The position numbers and the translations under genes are program-made. Below, piece by piece: positions 45,027 through 54,872 of a stretch of 64,000 bases of DNA (its first letter is position 1; every line of letters begins with the position of its first letter). The notes beneath the pieces were generated by a model. It was not told the origin of the DNA. It made no database searches and saw only the letters and a list, made by a program, of their open reading frames with translations. The DNA comes from Chitinophagaceae bacterium (GTDB taxonomy: Bacteria > Bacteroidota > Bacteroidia > Chitinophagales > Chitinophagaceae): positions 1,234 to 65,233 of the forward strand of contig JAICXX010000013.1 of assembly GCA_025934485.1 (NCBI GenBank). Reading direction: 5' to 3'.

Positions 45027-48000
45027 ATGAGAAGATCAAGCCTCCGGGTGCTTGGCTATGTCCTGGGCATCCCTCTCTGCATCGTTGTCGCCTGTCCGCA
45101 GCACGCTTTTTCTGCCGACGGTAGCCGCAACAAGTTAAACACAAACACAACCATTGCCGGTCCCATTACGGGTAAGATCACAGACGCTTCCGGTGCGCCG
45201 CTTGCGGGCGTGACTATTTTGGTGAAGGGGACGCATAAAAGCGCCACGACGAATGTAGATGGGATGTTCACCATCGCGGCGGGTAAGGGCGATGTGCTGG
45301 TATTCTCCTCCGTGGGTTTTGCCACGCAGCAGATCACGGTAGGTAACGACGCAACGGTCGACGTGCGTATGGTTACTTCAAATGCCGAGCTGACATCGGT
45401 CGTGGTGACTGCCCTTGGCATTAAGAAACAGGCCAGAGCGTTGGGGTATTCCACCACGGAGGTCGACGGCTCGAAGTTCACCGAGTCGCGGGAAGCGAAT
45501 ATTGGTAACGCCCTTACCGGCCAGGTGGCAGGCGTCAGCGTAGCCGGCACGGCGACGGGGCCTTCGGGCAGCAGCCGCGTGGTCATCCGCGGAAACTCTT
45601 CGCTCTCGGGGAACAACCAGCCATTGTATGTCATCGACGGTATCCCTTATGACAATACGAATCAGGGCTCGTCAGGCCAGTGGGGCGGGGCGGATCTCGG
45701 CGATGGCCTTTCCAATATCAACCCTGATGACATCGAGAGCATCCAGGTACTCAAAGGGGTGGCCGCGTCCGCTTTATATGGCTATCGCGGCGGTAACGGC
45801 GCCATTCTAATCACTACCAAATCCGGGGCGAGATCAAAAGGGATCGGGGTGCAGGCCAACAACAACTTCACAGTCAATACGGTGCATGACCTCACGGATT
45901 TCCAGTACCAGTACGGGCAAGGATTGCTGGGTGTCAAACCTACGACGGCACTGGCTGCGCAAAATTCGGAATATGACAGCTGGGGCGCCCCGGTGGATGG
46001 GACCCAGGCCGTGAATTTCCTCGGTGACAACTTTGCCTACAGTCCGTATAAGAACAATATGAAGGATTTTTATAAGAAAGGAATAGTCAACCAGAGCTCT
46101 GTCGCCTTGTATGGTTCCAACGATCAAGGTCATTTCCGGCTGGGCCTATCCGATCTCTACAATGGCAATGTCATTCCCAATGCCAATATGAAGCAGCAGG
46201 GGATAAATTTCAATACCGAGTATCACGTGCTGCCCAAACTCACGATCGACCTCACTGCGAACTACGTTTTCGAACAGGTAAAGAACCGCGTCTCCTTCAG
46301 CGATGCGCCCGGAAACGTGGCTGCCAGCGAGCTATACCTGGCCAACACTTTTCACATTAAGTGGGAGCAGCCCAACCAGGGCACCAATGCCCTGGGAAAT
46401 GAGCAACTGCCGGGAGCGGATCAGTATTTCAACAACGCCTATTTCGTTGCCTATAAATTTCAGAACCTCACCAACCGTAACCGGCTCACCGGCGGGCTCA
46501 CGGTGAAATACGATTTTACCAAATGGTTGTTCGCCCAGGGCGGCGTGACCCGCGACGGTTATACCTTCGATCTGACGCAGATCACGCCTTCGGGCACGGG
46601 TTATGACCCGGGCGGCCAGATGACGGTATCCAATGTGAACTTTCATGAGCTCAATTGGAACTATCTTGTCGGCGTGCATACGAAATTCGGCAACGATTTC
46701 ACCTTCAACGCGAATGCGGGGGGCAACTCGGAAGACAATGTGAGTTCGTCGCTCAGCGTCAACGGCGCCGGTCCGTTCAATGTGCCTTTTTATTATTCGC
46801 TCACGAACGTGACGAACCGGCCGGCAAACCCGAGTTATGCCCGTGTCCACGTCAATAGTGTCTATGCCACCGCCGATCTGGGCTACAAGGACTTTCTTTT
46901 CCTGAACCTCTCCGGAAGGAACGACTGGTTCTCCACACTGGCGATCAATAAGGACCGCTATTTATATCCCTCGGCGAGCCTGAGCTTTGTCTTTTCCGAT
47001 GCCTTCACGCTCCCGGCCTGGATCAGCTTTGGTAAGCTGCGGGCCTCGTATGCGCAGGCTTCTAACGGTACGTCGGCCTATCTCAACTCGCAGACCTACG
47101 GTTACCTGGGCTATGCCATCAATGGGCAGTCGATGAGCTTTATCCTGCAGAATGTGATTCCCAATCAGGATCTTGCCCCGGTACAGATATCCGAAGCGGA
47201 GGCAGGCGCCAATATGCAGTTCCTGAACAATCGCGTAGGGTTCGACCTGGCCGTTTATGACAAGAATACGACGAAGGACCTGGTGAACGTTACTACCAGC
47301 CCGACTTCCGGCTATAACGGCATCGTGGAAAATATCGGTAAGATCCGCAACCAGGGCGTGGAGATACTCCTGAATGGAACGCCGGTGCGTACCAGGGACT
47401 TCTCCTGGAACATCAGCTTAAACCTCGGCATCAATAACAGCAAGGTCCTGTATCTCGGCCCCGATGTCAATTCCATCGCCGTTGCGGGCGCCATTGCCCG
47501 CTGGGGCAACGGGGTGGCCATCAAGAATTGGGTGGGTCTACCGTATGACCAGATCACCGGCTATGGGTATAAAAGGGACGCCAAGGGCAATAAGATCTTT
47601 AGCGATGGCAGCGATGGCCTGACCGCCGGCGAACCGGAACAGACGGCTCAACAAGTGGCGCTGGGCTCAGGGGTCTACAAACAAACGGGTGGTGTGACCA
47701 ATGATTTCCATTACAAGAACTTTGCGCTTTCCTTCCTGATCGATTTCAAATACGGTGCGAAGATCTACTCCGGCACCAATATTTTGCTCTACGATTACGG
47801 CCTCCAAAAAACGACCTTACAGGGTAGGGCGACCGGTGGTTATGTCGGCAAAGGTGTCGATCTCGCCGGGCATACCAATGCCACAGCCGTGAATTCCCAA
47901 ACCTATTTCCAGGACCTGTCTGTGGGGAACGATCAGATCGCAGAGGAATTTGTGTATGATGCCAGCTTTATCAAATTCAGATCGCTCAGTCTGACCTACT

Positions 48001-48203
48001 CGCTGCCGTCTTCCGTGATCAAAGGCACTGGGATCAAGGGGGTGAATTTCTCATTTGTTGCGCGTAACCTGGCTATTTTGATGAAGCATACGCCGAACGA
48101 AGACCCTGAGGGCAACTACGCCAACGGCAATGGTCAGGGGCTGGAATTGTCCGGCTACCCGTCCACCCGGAGTCTGGGCTTTAACATAAATGTTAAGTTC
48201 TAA
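45027..48203 (+). CDS. SusC-type TonB-dependent transporter (no STN domain)
   Basis: 1058 aa. It is close in sequence to 39785-43318 through plug and barrel (for example LYVIDGIPYDNTNQGSSGQWGGADLGDGLSNINPDDIESIQVLKGVAASALYGYRGGNGAILITTKSG) and ends ...NINVKF. Confidence 0.95.
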   Translation: MRRSSLRVLGYVLGIPLCIVVACPQHAFSADGSRNKLNTNTTIAGPITGKITDASGAPLAGVTILVKGTHKSATTNVDGMFTIAAGKGDVLVFSSVGFATQQITVGNDATVDVRMVTSNAELTSVVVTALGIKKQARALGYSTTEVDGSKFTESREANIGNALTGQVAGVSVAGTATGPSGSSRVVIRGNSSLSGNNQPLYVIDGIPYDNTNQGSSGQWGGADLGDGLSNINPDDIESIQVLKGVAASALYGYRGGNGAILITTKSGARSKGIGVQANNNFTVNTVHDLTDFQYQYGQGLLGVKPTTALAAQNSEYDSWGAPVDGTQAVNFLGDNFAYSPYKNNMKDFYKKGIVNQSSVALYGSNDQGHFRLGLSDLYNGNVIPNANMKQQGINFNTEYHVLPKLTIDLTANYVFEQVKNRVSFSDAPGNVAASELYLANTFHIKWEQPNQGTNALGNEQLPGADQYFNNAYFVAYKFQNLTNRNRLTGGLTVKYDFTKWLFAQGGVTRDGYTFDLTQITPSGTGYDPGGQMTVSNVNFHELNWNYLVGVHTKFGNDFTFNANAGGNSEDNVSSSLSVNGAGPFNVPFYYSLTNVTNRPANPSYARVHVNSVYATADLGYKDFLFLNLSGRNDWFSTLAINKDRYLYPSASLSFVFSDAFTLPAWISFGKLRASYAQASNGTSAYLNSQTYGYLGYAINGQSMSFILQNVIPNQDLAPVQISEAEAGANMQFLNNRVGFDLAVYDKNTTKDLVNVTTSPTSGYNGIVENIGKIRNQGVEILLNGTPVRTRDFSWNISLNLGINNSKVLYLGPDVNSIAVAGAIARWGNGVAIKNWVGLPYDQITGYGYKRDAKGNKIFSDGSDGLTAGEPEQTAQQVALGSGVYKQTGGVTNDFHYKNFALSFLIDFKYGAKIYSGTNILLYDYGLQKTTLQGRATGGYVGKGVDLAGHTNATAVNSQTYFQDLSVGNDQIAEEFVYDASFIKFRSLSLTYSLPSSVIKGTGIKGVNFSFVARNLAILMKHTPNEDPEGNYANGNGQGLELSGYPSTRSLGFNINVKF

Positions 48204-48234
48204 TTTAATTCGAGTGCAAATTAAATCGACAACA

Positions 48235-49842
48235 ATGAACCAGAAGATATTATTAGCGGCTTGCGTTTCGATGGCCCTGCTTGGACCCAGCTGTAAAAAG
48301 GATTTCGTCTCTATCAATACCAATCCCAATGCAGTCTCCGCGGAACAAGAACAGTACGCCTCCCTCCTCACCGATGCGCAATTGACCTCGTCCGGCAATA
48401 GCGACGGGAATGCGTATGAAGACTGGCGCGGTAACCTGATCTATGCTTCCTGCATGATCCAGCATCTCAGTTCAACTGCGGGTTATTGGGATGGGGACAA
48501 GTATTTCAACAATGCCAGTTATTTGTCCTCTTATTGGGATCAGGATTTCGGGCCCCAGGCCAGCGGTGTCAACAATGAGAACAGCAACTCCGCGCCTGTC
48601 ACCAATCTGGTCGACATTACCTATAACCTTAGGAACGTTGCCGCGCAGGTGAACCTGTACAACGAGGCGCGGATCTTCAAGGTCTATCTTTTTCAGCGGC
48701 TCACCGATATGTACGGGGATATTCCCTACTCGGAGGCAGGTCTGGGCTATCTCTCCGGCATTACGGAACCCAAATATGACAAACAGGAGGATATCTATAA
48801 AGATATGCTGAATCAGCTCGACTCGGCCGCTACCGCGCTGAATGCGTCAGCCGCTACACCGGGCGCCAGCGATCTGATCTATGGCGGCAATGTGGCCAAG
48901 TGGCAAAAGTTCGCCTATTCTGAAATGGTTCGCATCGCGATGCGGATGAGCAAGGTCGATCCTACGGACGCACAAACCTGGGTGCAAAAGGCGGTAGCGG
49001 GCGGCGTCTTTGCTTCCAATGCCGACAATGCCCTTCTCGTTCACCAGGCCGCGGCGCCCAATGGGGCCGGCAGCCAGGTCGCCAATGGTTCAGGACAGGT
49101 GCTGGGGGTTATCGATCCTTCGTCCGCACACCTGAGCCAGACCTTCGTCAACTTCCTGAACTCCACCGGAGATCCCCGGTTGCCTTATTTCGGCACCATC
49201 ATCGCCGACGCCACTGTACCTACGGACATGGGCGATACGACAGCCGCTAACCAGTTGGGACAGCCAAACGGCTATGATGCAACAGGCGGGGCAACGGATA
49301 TTTCCAAGGCGCCTGGCTATCCCGGCAATCAGAATAAATATTCTTATGTCAACCGCTATACGTTTGCGCGGGCTACTGCTCCGACGTTCTTCCTGACGTA
49401 TTCGGAAACCGAACTGCTGCTGGCGGAAGCCGCCTACCGGGGTTGGATATCCGGTTCGGCGGCTACCTATTACGCCAATGGCGTTACCGGAGCCATGGCC
49501 ATGCTGGGTGCACAGGCAGGCGCCGGCCCATCCTCAGGTCAGATCAGTGCCTATGTCACCGCCAATCCGCTGGTCACCGGTTCCGAGCTACAGATGATCA
49601 ACGATCAGTATTGGGTGGCTTCTTTTATGGATGAGACCGAGTCCTGGGCTAACTGGAGAAGAAGCGGTTTCCCGGTCCTGACACCCGTGAACTACACCGG
49701 TAACGCCACAGGCGGCACGATACCTCGCAGGTATACGTATTCGACCGCCGAGGCGGCGACCAATCCAACGAACTACTCCGCTGCCGTCGGCGGCCTCAGC
49801 AATGGTGATAAGATGACGTCCCATGTATGGTGGGATAAATGA
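48235..49842 (+). CDS. SusD-like (SusD-like_2 type) lipoprotein
   Basis: The start is at MNQKILLAACVSMALLGPSCKKDF (ATG 48235). It is collinear in sequence with 43323-44882. Confidence 0.85.
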   Translation: MNQKILLAACVSMALLGPSCKKDFVSINTNPNAVSAEQEQYASLLTDAQLTSSGNSDGNAYEDWRGNLIYASCMIQHLSSTAGYWDGDKYFNNASYLSSYWDQDFGPQASGVNNENSNSAPVTNLVDITYNLRNVAAQVNLYNEARIFKVYLFQRLTDMYGDIPYSEAGLGYLSGITEPKYDKQEDIYKDMLNQLDSAATALNASAATPGASDLIYGGNVAKWQKFAYSEMVRIAMRMSKVDPTDAQTWVQKAVAGGVFASNADNALLVHQAAAPNGAGSQVANGSGQVLGVIDPSSAHLSQTFVNFLNSTGDPRLPYFGTIIADATVPTDMGDTTAANQLGQPNGYDATGGATDISKAPGYPGNQNKYSYVNRYTFARATAPTFFLTYSETELLLAEAAYRGWISGSAATYYANGVTGAMAMLGAQAGAGPSSGQISAYVTANPLVTGSELQMINDQYWVASFMDETESWANWRRSGFPVLTPVNYTGNATGGTIPRRYTYSTAEAATNPTNYSAAVGGLSNGDKMTSHVWWDK

Positions 49843-49881
49843 TAGTACAGCATGTCCATTCAAAACGAGGATGCGGGGTCT

Positions 49882-52857
49882 CTAGCGAGACCCCCTTCCT
49901 ATTTTAAAGGCTATCGCGTATTCGCCGATGGGTTTGTTCTGTAAGGCGGGTGGAATATCGATCACCAGCGCTTTGCCGTTTTGATGCCATTTGAGCTTTT
50001 CCTTCCGGCCGAGGATCGAAATACGGCTTTTGGGTTTGGCCGTGAATTTGTCGATGATCACCCGGGCGGGGAGTTTGATTTGCGCGTCGTCGCTAAGATA
50101 AAACGCATAAACGGCGGCGCTGTCTTTTGACTGCGTGAGATAAACATTATCCGATGACCAGGGATAGATGGTCCTGCTGCCGTAGATACCTTCGCCGTTG
50201 ACTTTCATCCATGCACCGATGTCTTTTAATCGCGCATAGGCGGTGTCGTCCCAGTCGCCGTCCGGAGAGGGTCCGATGTTGAGCAGGAAATTGCCGCCGC
50301 GGGAAACGATCTTCACCAGCAGCTGGACGAGCTCGCTAGAGGATTTATAGTGATCGTGGGGCACATAGCTCCAGGAATTGCCCATGGTCATGCAAGTCTC
50401 CCAGGGATCATCCATGGGATGTGCGGGGATCTGCTGTTCGGGCGTGGTATAGTTCTCATATTCGCCGGGTACGCTGCGGTCGACGACGATGAGTCCAGGC
50501 TGGTGGCTCCGTGCCATGGCGGCGATCTTTGGCATGTCGACGTCCTGGTCGTAGCGGATCCCGCGTTGCCAGTCCACGGAGGAATTGACGGTCGAGAGGG
50601 GGCGGACCCAGCCGCCGTCGAGCCACAAGAGGTCCATGCGGCCGTAACCCGTCATCAGCTCTTCGATCTGGTTGTAGGTATAATCTTTGAAGGCCTTCCA
50701 GCGTTCAGGATATTTGGCCGGATCGTAGTTGACGTTACGGTCTTTGGGTGGGAAATAGGACCACCAGTAGTCATTGGAGTGCCAGTCCGGCTTTGAGAAA
50801 TAGGCACCGATCATAAAGTTATCCTTTCTGAAGGCGTCAAAGACTTCTTTCGCCACGTTGCTCCTGGGGTTCGAAGAGAAGGGTGTCCTGGGTGAGGTGA
50901 TCTTATAATCCGTTTGTTTCGTGTCGAACATACAGAAGCCGTCGTGATGCTTGGTGGTGAAGACGACATACTTCATGCCTGCGTCTTTGGCGGCCGCGGC
51001 CCATTTAGCCGGATCGAAGTGGGTGGGGTTGAAGGTGGTCTGCAGGTTCTCATAGGCTCGTTTGTATTCGAAATAACTTTTTGAATACGGGCCTTTTCTT
51101 TGCGTCCACCCTTCGTCTTCGGGGCAGATGCTCCAGCTTTCGACGACGCCCCACTGGCTATAGGTGCCCCAGTGCATGAGCAAGCCGAACTTGTAGTCCT
51201 GCCATTGGGCTATCTTTTGCCGTACGAGGGTGTCGGCGGGTTTGAAGTAGACGTCGTAATGGTTGACTCGCCAAAGAGCATAACGTTTATACTGGTCAGC
51301 AAGCCGGTGTTGAAAATTCATATAATTACGACTTGCTTTGGGGCTCCACAGTACTTCGGACAGGGCGCTCAGGCGGGGGAAGAGCATGTATTCGACTTTG
51401 GAGGGGTTGCTCATGTATTCCGTCCAGACATTGGCTTGCGCGCCGAGGACATAGGCGGTGTCGTCGCCGGTGAGTTCCGCGGGGACCGGTTCATAGCCGT
51501 ATACCTGCTGCAACGGCAGATAGCCGCCGATGGTGAGGGAGTCGTCGTTATGCGTTTGCGAGTGATCGAAATAGACGTATTGACCCGGCGTCATGATGAC
51601 ATTGTGGTGTTGTTTGGCGGCATCGATACCACCTTTTTCACCGCGCCAGCTCATGATCGTGGCGTTGGGGGCGATGCCGCCTTCGAGGATCTCGTCCCAG
51701 CCGATGATGCTTTTGCCTTTGCTGTTGATGTATTTCTCCATGCGCTGGATGAACCAGCTTTGCAATTCGTCTTCGTTCCTGAGGCCGAGCTCCTTCATCC
51801 GTTTCTGACATTTGGGGCAGGCCTTCCAGCTGTCCTTGGGACACTCGTCGCCACCGATGTGAATATACGGAGCGGGGAAGAGCGGGATGATCTCGTCGAT
51901 GACGTCCTGCAGGAATTGGAAGACGCTGTCGTTTCCCGCGCAATATACGTCCTTGAAGACGCCCCAATGCTGCGCGACCTGATAAGGACCGCCGGTACAG
52001 CCGAGCCAGGGGTAGGAGGCCAGGGCTGCTAAAGCATGACCGGGCATCTCGATCTCGGGGATCACCGTGATATAGCGGTCGGCGGCATATTTAACAACTT
52101 CTTTAATTTGATCTTGTGTATAGTAACCACCGTGAGGAGTGCTGTCGTTGCCGGTACCGGGATTGTGGCCGATGATGGTCCCGCTGCGCCAGGCGCCGGT
52201 TCTCGTTAGATTTGGGTATTTTTTGATCTCGATCCGCCAGCCCTGGTCTTCGGTGAGATGCCAGTGGAAATAGTTCATCTTATGCAGCGCAATGAAGTCG
52301 ATATAGCGTTTTACGAAATCCACCGAATAGAAATGGCGGCCGACGTCGAGATGCAGACCGCGGTATTGGAAACGGGGATAGTCGTCGACGGTGACGGAGG
52401 GGATCTTCAGCGTGCCGTTCGTTGTGCGGATGTTTGGTCCGTTGGCTGTGGCCTCGAACGGGCCCAGCGGCAATAGCTGGATCAGCGTCTGGATGCCATA
52501 GAAGGTGCCGGCATGGGTAGAGCCGACGATGGTGATGCCGTCGGCAGTGGCGTCGAGATGGTAATGACCGTTCCTGCCGCCGGGCTCGGTGCGTAGGGTG
52601 ATGGTGTGCGCGCCTGGCTTGTTTACTTTGAGCTGCAAGCCATAGAAGCGGCCGAGATAGTCGTTGAGGAAATTGGCCGCCAGGAGGTCCGAGTCGCTTG
52701 CGAGGAGTACGGTGTTTTTGTCGAGGGCGAAGCTGCCGGAATGCCAATCAGTGCTTACCGGTTCCGGGATGATGGCGGCAGGAGCATCCTGTGCATAGCT
52801 ATAGAGGCCCGGGATCAGTAACCCGAGCAACAGCAGGGAGCGAAAGTGGTTGGTCAT
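49882..52857 (-). CDS. bifunctional GH20 beta-N-acetylhexosaminidase / GH29 alpha-L-fucosidase fusion protein
   Basis: 991 aa from ATG 52857 (signal MTNHFRSLLLLGLLIPGLYSYAQ). The GH20 part has HLDVGRHF, HWHLTEDQGWR and IPEIEMPGH. From about residue 560 of the ORF-track translation (about 51250) the GH29 part begins, with KFGLLMHWGTYSQWG and VVFTTKHHDGFCMFD. Confidence 0.9.
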   Translation of the reverse strand: MTNHFRSLLLLGLLIPGLYSYAQDAPAAIIPEPVSTDWHSGSFALDKNTVLLASDSDLLAANFLNDYLGRFYGLQLKVNKPGAHTITLRTEPGGRNGHYHLDATADGITIVGSTHAGTFYGIQTLIQLLPLGPFEATANGPNIRTTNGTLKIPSVTVDDYPRFQYRGLHLDVGRHFYSVDFVKRYIDFIALHKMNYFHWHLTEDQGWRIEIKKYPNLTRTGAWRSGTIIGHNPGTGNDSTPHGGYYTQDQIKEVVKYAADRYITVIPEIEMPGHALAALASYPWLGCTGGPYQVAQHWGVFKDVYCAGNDSVFQFLQDVIDEIIPLFPAPYIHIGGDECPKDSWKACPKCQKRMKELGLRNEDELQSWFIQRMEKYINSKGKSIIGWDEILEGGIAPNATIMSWRGEKGGIDAAKQHHNVIMTPGQYVYFDHSQTHNDDSLTIGGYLPLQQVYGYEPVPAELTGDDTAYVLGAQANVWTEYMSNPSKVEYMLFPRLSALSEVLWSPKASRNYMNFQHRLADQYKRYALWRVNHYDVYFKPADTLVRQKIAQWQDYKFGLLMHWGTYSQWGVVESWSICPEDEGWTQRKGPYSKSYFEYKRAYENLQTTFNPTHFDPAKWAAAAKDAGMKYVVFTTKHHDGFCMFDTKQTDYKITSPRTPFSSNPRSNVAKEVFDAFRKDNFMIGAYFSKPDWHSNDYWWSYFPPKDRNVNYDPAKYPERWKAFKDYTYNQIEELMTGYGRMDLLWLDGGWVRPLSTVNSSVDWQRGIRYDQDVDMPKIAAMARSHQPGLIVVDRSVPGEYENYTTPEQQIPAHPMDDPWETCMTMGNSWSYVPHDHYKSSSELVQLLVKIVSRGGNFLLNIGPSPDGDWDDTAYARLKDIGAWMKVNGEGIYGSRTIYPWSSDNVYLTQSKDSAAVYAFYLSDDAQIKLPARVIIDKFTAKPKSRISILGRKEKLKWHQNGKALVIDIPPALQNKPIGEYAIAFKIGRGSR

Positions 52858-52949
52858 GCGACGAATATAGGGCAAAATGCCGAGCCGCCACTTGCAAACG
52901 ATTGCTAAAGATTCGATGAGCAAGTCTCACGGATCAGGACTCGCGGCAC

Positions 52950-54872
52950 TCAATGTCGGATCACCGGCAGGATGATGCCTGACGGATGCGCCGCGTCGTG
53001 CCAGATGCGGATCGTCGCCTTCTGGAAATCTGCTTCACCGCAGGTGGGGATATTGCAAAAGGTCTGCGGGTTCATATCGACCAGCGGGAACCAGGAGCTT
53101 TGGATCTGGACCATGATGCGATGTCCTTTTTTGAATGTATGCGCGATCTCGTTGATGTCGAAGGCCACTTCCTCGACCTGTCCTGTCACGAGCGGCTCCG
53201 GTTTTTCATAGCTGTTGCGGAATTTGCAGCGGAACACTTCGGCTCTTACGAGCCGCTCGTAGCCTTTGGGGTCGGACGTTGTGGTCTGGATGCCGTCCTC
53301 TTTACCAGGGAGCACGTCGATGAGTTTCACGACCAGGTCCGCGTCGGTGCCGGTGGAGGAGAGGAAGATGTCTGCTTTAAGCCGGCCGGTGACAATCAGC
53401 GAATCCGTGAGCGGGGCCGTTTGGTAGACGAGGACGTCGGGGCGTTCGGCGGCGAAGCGCTGGTCGGTGACGATATAGGCGTTGTCGCGGCCGCCGTGGA
53501 TGCCATCGATATAGGGGACGGGATGGGCGGGGTCGCTGAGGTATTCGTCGTAGGCGGCGTTCGTACTCCCGGTGGCCGTTCCCGGGGCTTTGTTTTCGAG
53601 CATTTCCTGGACCGATCGAATCACTGGCGCCGAAAGGCCGCCGCCCGCACGTAGTTCAAACTTCACTGGCTGTGCTTCTTTAGGCGGCCAGGTGCTATAG
53701 GTCTTCCACTGGTTGCTGCCGGTCTCGAAGACAGTGGCTTCGGCCAGCGGGGCAGTTGCGGAGTCTTTGAGATAGTGATTGAAGAAGCCTGTTTCTATCT
53801 CATGATAATAATCGTTCACATTCTGCTGGAAGTCCAGCGCGCCGAATTTTGTCCAGGTCTTCGCGGCCCAGCCGCCATGGGTCCAGGGGCCCATGATGAG
53901 GTGGTTGTCGTTGGGCGTGGATTGTTTTTCGATGGCTTCGTAGGTGCGTAGCGAGCCGAACATGTCTTCCGCGTCGAACCAGCCTCCCACCACGAGCACG
54001 GCGGGTTTGATGTTGCGCAGGTGGGTGCGGATATTACGGGCCTGCCAATAGCTGTCGTAGGTGGAATGAGCGAGGTATTCGTTCCAGATCTTGCCCTGGT
54101 TATTGAAATATTCCGCGTTGTTGGTATTCCTTAGCGGGCCCAGATCGAGAAAGAACCGATAGGCGTCGTGGATCTCGGCGTGGAAGAGATCGCGGCCATA
54201 GCTTTTCACCGGCGTGGGCCGGGGTACGTCGAAGAAATTATCGAAGTCGAAATTGTCGAGCAGGAAGAAGGCGCCGTTGTGGTTGGCGTCGTCGCCGATG
54301 AACTCGTCGGTGACGGGCGCCTGGGGACTAACAGCCTTTATGGCCGGATGCGCGTCGGGTAACGAAGCCGAGGCGAAGAAACCCGGATAGGAGATGCCCC
54401 AGAGACCCACCCGGCCGTTGTTGTTTTTGACGTGTTTCAGGAGCCATTCGATGGTGTCCCAGGTATCGGTGCTCTCGTCGGTTTCTTGTTTTGTCTTATG
54501 CTGATCTTTAGCGGGGGACATCTCTTCGAAATCGCCTTCGCTCATAAAGCGGCCGCGGACATCCTGGTAGACGAAGATATACCCGTCGTGCATCAGCCGG
54601 CTGTTAGGTCCCAGGCCGCCGCGATACAGCGTATCACCATAGGGGCCGGCCGAGTAGGGCGTGCGTTCCATGAGAAAGGGATAGTTCTGCGTGTGATCTT
54701 TTGGGATGTAGATCTCGGTGCATAGTCGTTTCCCGTCGCGCATCGGGATAAAGACTTCTTCTTTGTCAAAATTGTCCTTTACATAGTTGCGAGGTACCTG
54801 GGCGGTGCAGGCGAAGGGCAGCAGCAGGAAGAGCAGACCGCGGTTGATGATGCGTAGCATAAGGCTTATCAT
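52950..54872 (-). CDS. CocE/NonD-family (peptidase S15, X-Pro dipeptidyl-peptidase-like) hydrolase
   Basis: 640 aa with a signal peptide, IPMRDGKRLCTEIYIPKD...LMERTPY, a nucleophile elbow GISYPG, and a C-terminal jelly-roll domain. ATGA overlap with the upstream paralog. Confidence 0.85.
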   Translation of the reverse strand: MISLMLRIINRGLLFLLLPFACTAQVPRNYVKDNFDKEEVFIPMRDGKRLCTEIYIPKDHTQNYPFLMERTPYSAGPYGDTLYRGGLGPNSRLMHDGYIFVYQDVRGRFMSEGDFEEMSPAKDQHKTKQETDESTDTWDTIEWLLKHVKNNNGRVGLWGISYPGFFASASLPDAHPAIKAVSPQAPVTDEFIGDDANHNGAFFLLDNFDFDNFFDVPRPTPVKSYGRDLFHAEIHDAYRFFLDLGPLRNTNNAEYFNNQGKIWNEYLAHSTYDSYWQARNIRTHLRNIKPAVLVVGGWFDAEDMFGSLRTYEAIEKQSTPNDNHLIMGPWTHGGWAAKTWTKFGALDFQQNVNDYYHEIETGFFNHYLKDSATAPLAEATVFETGSNQWKTYSTWPPKEAQPVKFELRAGGGLSAPVIRSVQEMLENKAPGTATGSTNAAYDEYLSDPAHPVPYIDGIHGGRDNAYIVTDQRFAAERPDVLVYQTAPLTDSLIVTGRLKADIFLSSTGTDADLVVKLIDVLPGKEDGIQTTTSDPKGYERLVRAEVFRCKFRNSYEKPEPLVTGQVEEVAFDINEIAHTFKKGHRIMVQIQSSWFPLVDMNPQTFCNIPTCGEADFQKATIRIWHDAAHPSGIILPVIRH

